A DNA stretch of 26,055 bases from a virus (taxonomy: Duplodnaviria > Caudoviricetes). Shown here one piece after another: positions 9,014 through 18,400 of the stretch. Each line of letters begins with the position of its first letter. Positions within the stretch are counted from its first letter, which is position 1. The notes beneath the pieces are model-generated. The model had not been told where the DNA came from, did not search any database, and saw nothing but the letters and a program-made list of their open reading frames with translations. A program made the position numbers and the translations under genes. The stretch spans positions 1 to 26,055 of IMG/VR virus record IMGVR_UViG_3300020355_000011; one strand, given 5' to 3'.

Positions 9014-9025
9014 AATGCTTTTTTA

Positions 9026-10144
9026 TTAACTTACTGCTTGAATTTTGCAGTGATATGAAGGAGGTCCGAACTCGAATCCCATCTCCATATAAACAGCTTT
9101 TCCAATTCTAGCGTTTGCATCTTGGTCAATATCACGAACAAACACAGTTCCAAATCCTGGGATATTGGTAAACACTGGGTTTATGTGTGCTAAGTCTAAG
9201 ATGAATGCAGTGTTATCAGGCATAATATCAGGGTCAATAATCATCATTCCGATTGAACCGAATGGTGTAACTATTGTATCAATATCAACACCTGCAATAT
9301 TTCTATCTCTAGGAATAATTGCTCCTGCAATATCAACTGTTCCTTTAACAAGTTCATTGTTAAGGTCTAGTAATTGTTTTGGAGTAACAGCTAACACAGG
9401 TTGATTCATTGGTGCATGGTTATCATACATTCTCTTTAACGCACCTGAAATAGTTGCGAAAGAAAGAACTTGTGTTGAACCAGAACCATCTCCGTTTGTG
9501 TCATTGTAGAAACAGTTACCGCCTAATGGGTTAACTGCTGCTGAGTTGCTAGCGTTCTTGCCGATTGTAATCCATACGTCAAGACCGTACATTTCTCTAG
9601 TTCCATCACCTGGTGTGGTATTAGCACCATCTGAGAAAGAACCGTTGAAGCAAAACCACTCAACTTCTCTTGCTATTTTTTCCATTGTTTTTTCCATTTG
9701 CAATGCAAATTCATCTGCCACTGGACTACCACCAAAAAATGCTAGTTTATCTGCTGCAGTTGTTGTTCCATCTCCATTAGATGAGTTAACAATATTTGCA
9801 GATAAGTCTAGAGGATTTTGGTTTCCGGTAGATGCTAAAGCGGTATATGTCATTTGTACACCCTTGTGAAAGATTTGTGTTACATAGGTATATGCAGCCC
9901 TGTCTCTTCCAAGAAATTCTGTAGGTGTAGAACCTTCTTGACCTTTAGTTGGCTCAGTGGAAATCTTAGCATTGTCTTCTACTTGGACTTGCCAATATGT
10001 AGAATTGATTGCTCTTCCACCATTTAAACCGCCAACTGCGGATAGTAAAGGTGTTCTTTGACCACCAACTTTAAACAATTCACCAGCGAAGTTATTAATG
10101 TTTTGTGCATAAATCGTATTATTTGTTAACGATATACTTGCCAT
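9026..10144 (-). CDS. Major capsid protein (SU10/DUF5309-like, HK97 fold)
   Basis: 372 aa; TPLLSAVG, VTQIFHKGVQMTYTA, EFALQMEKTMEKIAREVE, TREMYGL, IVTPFGSI; AGGAG SD; preceded by scaffold, followed by terminator. Confidence 0.85.
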   Translation of the reverse strand: MASISLTNNTIYAQNINNFAGELFKVGGQRTPLLSAVGGLNGGRAINSTYWQVQVEDNAKISTEPTKGQEGSTPTEFLGRDRAAYTYVTQIFHKGVQMTYTALASTGNQNPLDLSANIVNSSNGDGTTTAADKLAFFGGSPVADEFALQMEKTMEKIAREVEWFCFNGSFSDGANTTPGDGTREMYGLDVWITIGKNASNSAAVNPLGGNCFYNDTNGDGSGSTQVLSFATISGALKRMYDNHAPMNQPVLAVTPKQLLDLNNELVKGTVDIAGAIIPRDRNIAGVDIDTIVTPFGSIGMMIIDPDIMPDNTAFILDLAHINPVFTNIPGFGTVFVRDIDQDANARIGKAVYMEMGFEFGPPSYHCKIQAVS

Positions 10145-10163
10145 CTTTATCTTCTCCTATAAA

Positions 10164-10649
10164 TTATCTTTTGTCTTGTTCATTAAGAGTGTCAATCATA
10201 CGCAGTTTTGCATTGATTGAATCTCTTGTACTTGTGTTGGAATCATTAATGAATTTGTTGAACTCTTGTGATATATCAACAGGTTCAGCATTTACACCAA
10301 GTTTATTTAGCTGTTCAACTCTTCCTTGAGCTTCAGTAACATTATCAGTAATTTTATCTTCAACAACAGGCTCAGCATTAATAGCATCACCAAATTCATT
10401 GTTAACAAAATCTTTGATATCAGTTACATTCATTTCTCCATCGTAAAGTTTTGTTACGGCTTTTCCAATACCTTTATCAGATTGTAAACCTAATGACTCT
10501 AATGCAGTATTCATGGCTTGTGCCTTAAATGCTTTATTCTCAGCTTTGAGTTTTTTGAACTCATCTCTAAGTTGTTTTATATTGTCGTTAGATTCTACAG
10601 CTTCTTCAATTGCATCTTCTGTAGCTTGGTCTAATTTATTTTCTTCCAT
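10164..10649 (-). CDS. Capsid scaffolding protein
   Basis: Acidic, coiled-coil (NIKQLRDEFKKLKAENK), directly before the capsid gene. Start reassigned from 10685 to ATG 10649 (161 aa) because GGAG lies 6 nt upstream. Confidence 0.75.
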   Translation of the reverse strand: MEENKLDQATEDAIEEAVESNDNIKQLRDEFKKLKAENKAFKAQAMNTALESLGLQSDKGIGKAVTKLYDGEMNVTDIKDFVNNEFGDAINAEPVVEDKITDNVTEAQGRVEQLNKLGVNAEPVDISQEFNKFINDSNTSTRDSINAKLRMIDTLNEQDKR

Positions 10650-10810
10650 TATTTTCTCCATTTTCTCTAGCATATTTAATCCCATATAACATAATCGCTA
10701 GGTAATTAAGGGGATTTCACAAGGATTTACGAATGTCAAACAACACACCTTGGCTGTGTCATCGCGTTTGCAGCCCTATATTTTGTGTGCCGAATCCTGC
10801 CAGGCACTAC
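10650..10810 (-). ncRNA. Candidate structured cis-regulatory leader RNA upstream of scaffold/capsid
   Basis: Only long non-coding stretch; GC-enriched; six complementary segment pairs of 4-6 bp, several crossing (see findings); flanked by promoter and SD. Confidence 0.5.
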
Positions 10811-10814
10811 ATCT

Positions 10815-10841
10815 AGTATAGCAGGTTTATTGTTCTGTCAA
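10815..10841 (-). promoter_or_regulatory. Sigma70/SigA-type promoter for the capsid operon
   Basis: TTGACA (10841-10836), 15-nt spacer (short), TATACT (10820-10815) with TGn extension; predicts a start near 10808-10810, where the first leader hairpin begins. Confidence 0.65.
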
Positions 10842-11912
10842 GCCAGTTACAGCACCTTGTCTATTTTGTCTAGCACCTGTTGCTACTGCACTAGCTGATT
10901 CTGCTTGTGCTGATAATGAACCTACTTGTTCCATAAAATCTGTATCAGGAGCTGCTCCAAACTCTGCAAACTCTAATGCTGTATATGTTTCATCAGGTCT
11001 ATTAAATCTTCTAGCTAATCTTGATGCTGTAATAGCTCTAGCTGTAGCTGTTTCAAACTCTCCAGCAGCTCTTTGTGCAGTTAAACCACTACCGATAAGT
11101 CTTTGTACAGCATCAAAGTCTATATCTTCTCCTGTCACTCTTTCGAATGTTGCACTAATTTGTGATACATTTAATCTTCTATTTAATATTTGTGCATTTA
11201 CTTCAGGGTCAATAGCTAAAGCAACAAGTGTTGATGCCTTAGGTTCTACAAACTCACCGAGTTCATTTGAATAATACTCTTGATATTGTCCTAAAATTTG
11301 TGATTTTTGCTCATCAGGAACAGCATCTATTGTTTGTTGCACTGCACTTAATCGCTGTCTCATTTCATCTGGTGAAACATTGTTAGCTAAAAGTTTTGGA
11401 AATACTGTATCAATATTTTCTTTTGCATAACCGCCTAAATTAAATTCATTAAAATGTACAATCACAGCTTCTTTATTTTGCAGATACTGTGCTTCTGTCA
11501 TTCTTAAAGAACCATCTGTTCTTTGAATACCTTCAAACATTTCACTATATTCAGGAGCTGAACGCATTGCAGCCAAAGCAAAAGTGTCTTTTCCAGACTT
11601 AATGTATCCATCTACATATGCTTTAATTAATTTTTCACCTCTTTGAGGGTCAAGTTTTGTAATGTAAGGTAGTAATACTTTTGCTTGCTCAACTGTAAAA
11701 TTAGCTGAAAATGTTTCTGATAAAGGTTTGTCTGCTTCTGCAGCAGTATTACCTTTAAAATTTACTCCCCCACCTGTAAAAGATGCTGCTTCTGCCTCTG
11801 CAAAATTAGTTGTATATCCATTCTCTTCTAAGTCTTGTATTAATTTTGTTTTACTCGTATCAATAGTATATCCCTCTAGAAAATCTTTTCTATAATAAGT
11901 TACTGTTGCCAC
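10827..11912 (-). CDS. Probable internal virion (ejection) protein
   Basis: 361 aa, helical, Ala/Gln-rich C-terminus; MRSAPEYSEMFEG...TEAQYL...NVSPDEMRQR; TAGTG overlap. Confidence 0.5.
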   Translation of the reverse strand: MATVTYYRKDFLEGYTIDTSKTKLIQDLEENGYTTNFAEAEAASFTGGGVNFKGNTAAEADKPLSETFSANFTVEQAKVLLPYITKLDPQRGEKLIKAYVDGYIKSGKDTFALAAMRSAPEYSEMFEGIQRTDGSLRMTEAQYLQNKEAVIVHFNEFNLGGYAKENIDTVFPKLLANNVSPDEMRQRLSAVQQTIDAVPDEQKSQILGQYQEYYSNELGEFVEPKASTLVALAIDPEVNAQILNRRLNVSQISATFERVTGEDIDFDAVQRLIGSGLTAQRAAGEFETATARAITASRLARRFNRPDETYTALEFAEFGAAPDTDFMEQVGSLSAQAESASAVATGARQNRQGAVTGLTEQ

Positions 11913-13264
11913 TATATACTCCTAACTACTGGACCACCTAATGATTTATTCATAAGGTCTGCTACGCTATATCCAAAAAACTCATTACCTGTATCATAAG
12001 CGTTTTGTCTAAAATTTACAGCCGATGTATTGTAATCGTTTTGAAACTGTGATAAAAAGAAATCAGATTCTTCATCTGGTGCTTCACCATAAATTGAAGC
12101 ATAAAGTTTTATGTAAGGTGCTGCTACTTTATTGTAGTTTAATCCTTTACCTGCAAATCTTTCAAAGTATGGATTGTTGTCAAATAAATTTTGATAATAT
12201 GCATTTGCACTTTCTTCTCCCTCAGTAGCAAACAACATAGCACCTTTTCTTTTATCTGCTTCTGATAAACTGTTAAATGCACCTGCACCTAGATATGAAA
12301 TACCTTTTGCATTATTTTTATTATTGTAAATAAAATCAGATAAGTCTAATCCAGAACTATCTGAAGTCAACTTTGTTTGCTGTGATTTAAACAAATTGTA
12401 ATATGGACTGTTAACATCCACTTCATATCCATCAATGTTTTCTACATATCCTATAAATTTAGGTAGTAGTGCAACTGAAATTTGTCCTTCTACAGCTCTC
12501 TGTAATAGCTGCTCATATAGTTCTGGATTATCTTTTTTGTAGTCATTTGGATTTATACCTAGTCTAACAAAAGCACCTTCAAGTTGTGTTGCTCTTGTTT
12601 CACGCAAAGCTAATAACTTTTGGTTAGGCTTTCCGTTTATTGTGTAACCTTCAGTTCCTAATGCATTTAAATATTGAATTGTTTCTGTTGTATATGGTGC
12701 TTGTATTTCTAATAATCTTGGGTCATCTTCTGATATTGGTGTTCCATTTATAATAAAATCAAATAATAATTCCATACCTGGATAATCAGTATTACCATCT
12801 GCATCGACCACTGCATCAAAAAACCAAGGAGCTACATCTTCATAAAGTAATATTCTGTCATCAAATGTTTCTCCTGGACTCCAGTTATCAAGGTTTGCAT
12901 ACTTATTAGATATATCACCTACCATAAGAATATCTTCGCCTAAAAGTACTCCAGGTGGTGTTGTAACTGCTCGTGGTCCTACTCTTTTGTTTCCAGCTAC
13001 AGTATCTCCAAAACCATAAGGATTATATTTTTTTCCAGCATTGTATGCTAAATAAGAAGTCCCTTGTGGTTCATCAAGTGTTGTAGATATATCCCAAAGA
13101 AAATAATAAAAGTCTCCATCATAATAAACTTCTTCAGGTGTAGGTTTATTAGAATATGAGAATACACCAGCACTTGCTGTATTTACTTCTGTATTATCAG
13201 TAGTCCTATAATCTTTTATATTTTCTACAGTTGGTTCTTCTGTATGTCCAGGTTCGTGTGGCAT
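11912..13264 (-). CDS. Hypothetical protein, probable internal virion protein
   Basis: 450 aa, acidic, Tyr-rich; coupled by 1-nt stop/start overlaps on both sides. Confidence 0.45.
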   Translation of the reverse strand: MPHEPGHTEEPTVENIKDYRTTDNTEVNTASAGVFSYSNKPTPEEVYYDGDFYYFLWDISTTLDEPQGTSYLAYNAGKKYNPYGFGDTVAGNKRVGPRAVTTPPGVLLGEDILMVGDISNKYANLDNWSPGETFDDRILLYEDVAPWFFDAVVDADGNTDYPGMELLFDFIINGTPISEDDPRLLEIQAPYTTETIQYLNALGTEGYTINGKPNQKLLALRETRATQLEGAFVRLGINPNDYKKDNPELYEQLLQRAVEGQISVALLPKFIGYVENIDGYEVDVNSPYYNLFKSQQTKLTSDSSGLDLSDFIYNNKNNAKGISYLGAGAFNSLSEADKRKGAMLFATEGEESANAYYQNLFDNNPYFERFAGKGLNYNKVAAPYIKLYASIYGEAPDEESDFFLSQFQNDYNTSAVNFRQNAYDTGNEFFGYSVADLMNKSLGGPVVRSI

Positions 13265-13989
13265 TATCTCCTCATCGCTTCTAAAATTTCATCACTTAAT
13301 ATATTTTTAAGTTTAATCGAAGCTAACCAAGCTCGTTGTCTTTTTCTATTATCAACTGATGAAAATACTATTCTTTTATTTAAAGGCATTGGTTTTCCGT
13401 CTTGTAATAATCTTCCTGTACCTGGTTCTCTATCTGGAGTATAAAGTCTCTCAGGGTCTACAGCATCTGGAGGTATATTCATTTCATCTATTTTTTCATA
13501 GGTATATTGTTTTGCATAATCAATGAATTGTGGTGTCTTAGGATTAGTAACAAAACTATTCCAAGTAGACCAGTTATCATATCCATTTGCACTTTGCAAA
13601 ACAATTAAATATGCTTTTGCTGCTAATGTAGGATTCTCTGATATTAACGAACTTAATTCTGGTCCGTCAATATTTTGAAACTCTGGAACAAATTTATTAT
13701 TTATAACTGTTACATCTACATCACTTGTATCTTTACCCCAAGTTTGTTCATAAATTTGTGCAGGTGAATAAGATTTTTCGTCTCCTATTGCTTTACCCAT
13801 ACCTGGTCCATCTAAATCTACTTGATTACCTTTTCTCCATTCAGCAGCAGATATGGCAATCATATTATGTAAAACTTGTAAATCTTCTGATGGGTCTAAA
13901 TCTAATGGCATACCTGCTTCTTTTAATTCAACTGCAGCAGCTACTATTTCATTAATCCAATCTATCCATGGAATTTGTTCTCCATCCAT
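13264..13989 (-). CDS. Lysozyme-like / lytic transglycosylase domain protein (probable virion-associated muralytic enzyme)
   Basis: MIAISAAE (candidate catalytic Glu), SYSPAQI, NPTLAAKAYLI...GYDNWSTW echo the SLT-type pattern AIAxAES...SYGLxQI...NAxAA...WxPWSTY. Confidence 0.6.
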   Translation of the reverse strand: MDGEQIPWIDWINEIVAAAVELKEAGMPLDLDPSEDLQVLHNMIAISAAEWRKGNQVDLDGPGMGKAIGDEKSYSPAQIYEQTWGKDTSDVDVTVINNKFVPEFQNIDGPELSSLISENPTLAAKAYLIVLQSANGYDNWSTWNSFVTNPKTPQFIDYAKQYTYEKIDEMNIPPDAVDPERLYTPDREPGTGRLLQDGKPMPLNKRIVFSSVDNRKRQRAWLASIKLKNILSDEILEAMRR

Positions 13990-15443
13990 TATCTACCTGC
14001 ACTAAAAGCAGCAACAAGTCTTGCTGTTCCTTCTTTTCTAGCCTGGTCAACTTGATTTGATTCTATAAGTTCTCCATACGTAGAGAGTATGTATTTATTA
14101 AGTTCATATTCAAATGCATTACTTACATCTTCAGAACTCATAACTGATTGTATTTCATATTGTTTATCAGGCAAATTAAATTTCTTTCTTCTCAAGGCAT
14201 CTTCTTGAGCCATTCTTAATTGATTAGCATTGAGTCTATATGAATCACGAGCTTCTTTGTTAAGTTCTTTTATTTTATTATTTGCCCAATCCTGTATTGC
14301 ATATACAGATAAATCAGTATTAGGAAGTCCAACAGATGTAATTGCATTTTCTATTTGTTGGTTAAGCAGTCCTGGTTTTGGAATATAAACTATATCTGGT
14401 CCTGTAAATATAGGATTTGTGTCTGTAAATTTAATACTATCTAAACTATCTAAATAGAAATCTCTTACAAAACCTAAGAAAGCTGCATTATTTCCACCTG
14501 ATGCAATAGCAATATCTTCTAAATCATTTGTATCAATTCCAAATTCTGTTTTTGGATTCATGTAATAAAATGATTGTGCAACAGCTTTTTGTGTAGCTTC
14601 ATCATATCTACCCTCTGCAAAACTATTTGGTTCTAAAAATCCTGCTTGTACTAATGCAAGTTGAAAATCAATAACCCTTTCAGCAGGTAAATTTTCTAAA
14701 AATCCAACTTCTAAACCTTGATTATATAATGGTGTAAGATTTTGATTACCTGCTGAATCTCTGTATGTTTCTAAAGCAAATGGGTCATTTGATAAACCAT
14801 AATATCCTATATCACTTCCTTGTGTAAAACCTAATTCAAATTCATAAGCACCTGATAAAAGTTCTTCGTTGTTTGCAATCTGGTCTATTTCAGCAAAAGC
14901 ATTCATTAATTTATTTACATTGCCATCCTCTGTATATTGTTTATAAGCTGCATCTCTAAGCTCTTGTGGAGATAGTTTTTTTTCTTCTGCTTTTACTCTA
15001 GCTCTTGATGTTTCTGCAACTCTTTGAACAATATTTGAATATGCTACTTGAGATTCTTCAACACTATCTCCAGCAATTAAACCAGCAGCTTCTCTTTGTG
15101 CATCTATTTCATCAGGAGTTCTATCTTCTAATGCACCATCTGCAACACCTTGTTTAAAGCTATTTACACCCTCTGCTAAACCTTGACCCATCACGTAACC
15201 AAAGTATGCTTCTCCTGTCATTCCTAACATTTCAGGATTACCAAACTCTTCAAATATATCGTCTGCTAATTCATCAGGTAAACTATCAAAAAAATCTGCA
15301 ATTTTTTGACCAAGCAAAGAACCAATAAAAGATTCAGGGCTTTGTCCTAAATATGCAGGGTCAACAGAAGTAAATCCAGATGCTTTGGTATCTGACCAAG
15401 CTCTTCCTAATCTATAAAAAAGTCCTTTTTTCTTTTTATTCAT
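13989..15443 (-). CDS. Probable internal virion protein with peptidoglycan-binding-like domain
   Basis: 484 aa; RVIDFQLALVQAGFL...AEGRYDEATQKAV (about 14568-14679) matches the PG_binding_1 pattern VxxLQxxLxxxGY...DGxFGxxTxxAV. Confidence 0.55.
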   Translation of the reverse strand: MNKKKKGLFYRLGRAWSDTKASGFTSVDPAYLGQSPESFIGSLLGQKIADFFDSLPDELADDIFEEFGNPEMLGMTGEAYFGYVMGQGLAEGVNSFKQGVADGALEDRTPDEIDAQREAAGLIAGDSVEESQVAYSNIVQRVAETSRARVKAEEKKLSPQELRDAAYKQYTEDGNVNKLMNAFAEIDQIANNEELLSGAYEFELGFTQGSDIGYYGLSNDPFALETYRDSAGNQNLTPLYNQGLEVGFLENLPAERVIDFQLALVQAGFLEPNSFAEGRYDEATQKAVAQSFYYMNPKTEFGIDTNDLEDIAIASGGNNAAFLGFVRDFYLDSLDSIKFTDTNPIFTGPDIVYIPKPGLLNQQIENAITSVGLPNTDLSVYAIQDWANNKIKELNKEARDSYRLNANQLRMAQEDALRRKKFNLPDKQYEIQSVMSSEDVSNAFEYELNKYILSTYGELIESNQVDQARKEGTARLVAAFSAGR

Positions 15444-18400
15444 TAATACTCCATAGGTGTAAATACATCGGTAAACTCTTCTTCTACTTCAAACCTTAGT
15501 ATATCATCATAAACATAGTAGAAATCTGGAAACTGTGAAAATAGTTCTTGTGCTTTTCTTCTTAATACTTCTCTAAAATATGTGTATTCTTGTCTTTTAA
15601 GGGTTGCTCTAGGTCCATCTCTTCTTTGTATTTGTGCAAGAATACTATCTCTTATTTCTAAATATTGAACTAAACCTTGCATCGATGGTAATTCTTTAAG
15701 AGCTAATGATTCTCCACTAGGTAGTGTTACTGTTCTTTCTCCTTCTCTTTGAATCATATCGATAAGCTGTAGTCTTTTTGATTCAGCATCAATAGCTTTT
15801 GCAGTTGTAGATGTTTGTCCATAACCTGGATATTCTTGTCGTAGTGCCATTCTATAATCTGTAAGTATTTCGTATTTTCTTTCAGGAGTTAAATTATTGT
15901 GAGCGCCTGATTCAAATAACAATCTTCTTTGATATTCATAAGCTAATCTACCTTGTGCTTGTCTTACAGCAGTAACATACTCATCTTCAGATAAATCTAC
16001 TCTGTCTCTATCTGCAAATGAATCAGCCCAAGCTACAAAACTAAACTCATCAAGTGGATTATCTGGGAATAAATAATATCCAACATCTGGATATATTTTT
16101 AATATTTCTTCATTGTCTCTGCCAAACTTTACACCTTCATCTGTATAACTTCTTTTTTTAATTTCTTTTGATTTAGAAACTAATAATGCTGTTGGGTCTA
16201 ATCCAAACTGATTAACAAATTCTTTTGTAGCAAGAACTTGGTCTCCTCCATATTTTGAAAGTATTCTATAATATGCATCTGTAAGTATTGACATTCCATA
16301 AAAATGATGTTTAGGGTCATCACCTTTTGTTTGTAATGGGTCTACAAATAATCGTCCTCCTGGTGCAACTTCAATATCATATCTAATAACTGCACCTGTA
16401 GGAGCAGCAAACTGTATAAAAGTTCTTGCAGCAGTTAAAAACATAGCCGTCTTTTTAGCTTCTTCTAACATTCTTGCTTGTTTAGCTGGTGTAGTATCAT
16501 CATATAATCCTGTAGTAACAAACATCTTAATTACATCTTTGTAAGTATTTGCAAATCCTCTTTGCATATCAGGGTCTGATGCACCCATAGACATTGCTTT
16601 TTTTGCCCAAGATGGTATAAGTGCATTTGCATATGTAGCTGGACTTAATGCACTTTTTGTTTCTCTTCCATATGGAAAAAATACTTTGTCTATTAATTCT
16701 GTTTCAGGTAATATCTTTGATGCAGGTATACCAACTAAAGGTCCAAGACCAGGAGCAGGATTACCTACAATCATATTTAAAGAAGATACATAGCCTTTAA
16801 GATTTATTTTTGCATCTGGTGCAGCAAGCTCTTCTCCTGTTACAGGATTTTTTACTGTTCTTGAATCTCTATTACCATCAAACATCCAGTTTGTTAAAAA
16901 CTCTGAACCTGGAAAGAAAAACATTTCTTCTCCTGTCATAGCATCTGTATGAAAGAATCCTTCGTCATCATTATTTAAATCAGCTTTTCTTGCACCATCA
17001 ATACCTCGTGTAATCTTTCTTGTTGCAAGGAATTTTTTTTGATTTAATAATCTTGACCAAGTACCCATTATTTCTATATATACTTCTGCGAATGGAAATG
17101 CTAAACGTAGCATATCAGAAACAACATGTCTTCTGTTTAAATCATAAAGAAGTGATTGTGTTTCTGCTAATGCATATGCTTTTGCTGTATCGTCTAAAGC
17201 ATCTAAGTCAGCTAACCTAAGAAGTTTACCTTCATCTGCTGATACCTTACCTGTTGTATCTAGTGATTTTATAAATTTCTTTGGTAAGTTAGAAGCTTGT
17301 GCTTGTTGTTTAATCTGTTGTCTAAGTCCATCATCAAAATAAGCAATGTTAGTTTCTATAAATCTCCAATAGAATTGTCTAAATGCAGGAGAACGTGAAA
17401 GTCTATTTGTAGGTGCTGACATAACAATACTAAATAATCTTTCTATAGCAGCATCGTAAGAACTAACTCTTTCTCCATCCATATCAAATACAGATTTTTT
17501 CATCACGTGCATTGATTTATAAGGGTCTTTTTTAGCTAACCACTTTGTATATGCTTTTTTATTACCAATACTTGCTTTTCTTCCTATAGCTACAGTCTTA
17601 CCATCAATATCTACAAGTATTGCTTTATCATCTATAGCGTTTCTACCTTTAGATATATGCTCTAGTAATTCTGCATCTCCAGTTTCAATAAGTTCAAATT
17701 CTATTTCTGATTGTGGAGATTTTCTGACTCTTGTCATTCCCTCCATATCTTCAAAAACTACACGTGTACCATCTGGTTTTACTTCTGTAACTTTATACTT
17801 TCCACCTGTTTTATAATGAACTCTAGCTGCTACTGAGTCAATATAATCATCAGCCCATTTTCTATCGTTTAATATTTTTATTTTTTGATATTTACCTGCT
17901 TCATCAGAACCATAAGCTAAAGCTGTTCTCCAACTACTTAAGTCTCCATCTTTATTCCAAAATCTATCTTTTATATTTTGTAGCCCTGCTTTAACATCAT
18001 CAACACCACCTTTGAGTGTTGCTATTTCTGCAGCAATAGGGTCATCTACTAATTGAAATATTTCTGATACTGCAGCTCCGTGATATCCTTTTTCTCCTTT
18101 TTGAACCGATTTGAATGCAAAAGTTCTTTTAAGTTTATCACCATCTAAAATGCCATTATGTGACATAGACATACTTGCTTTATGATAAATACTGTCTGCT
18201 AATATTTCATTGTCTCGTATGCTAAACATACCTCTTTGTATTGTTCTATCTATATCAAGGTTTTCATATCCTTTTACTCTTCTTAAAACAGATTCTCTGT
18301 CTTTACCTAATATCCAAGCAAATGCTGACAATGGGTGTGTAAATACATTATCTAAATCTGCAGCCCACATTCTAACTTGTTCTTCACCAACAACTCTTGC

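Noticed and set aside
9000-9060. T7 10B-like frameshift extension of the capsid protein
   Set aside because: No slippery heptamer before the double TAA stop, and a terminator-like hairpin follows directly
10734-10739. Second TTGACA inside the leader
   Set aside because: No -10 hexamer 16-18 nt downstream; the bases fit better as part of the CAAAC/GUUUG helix
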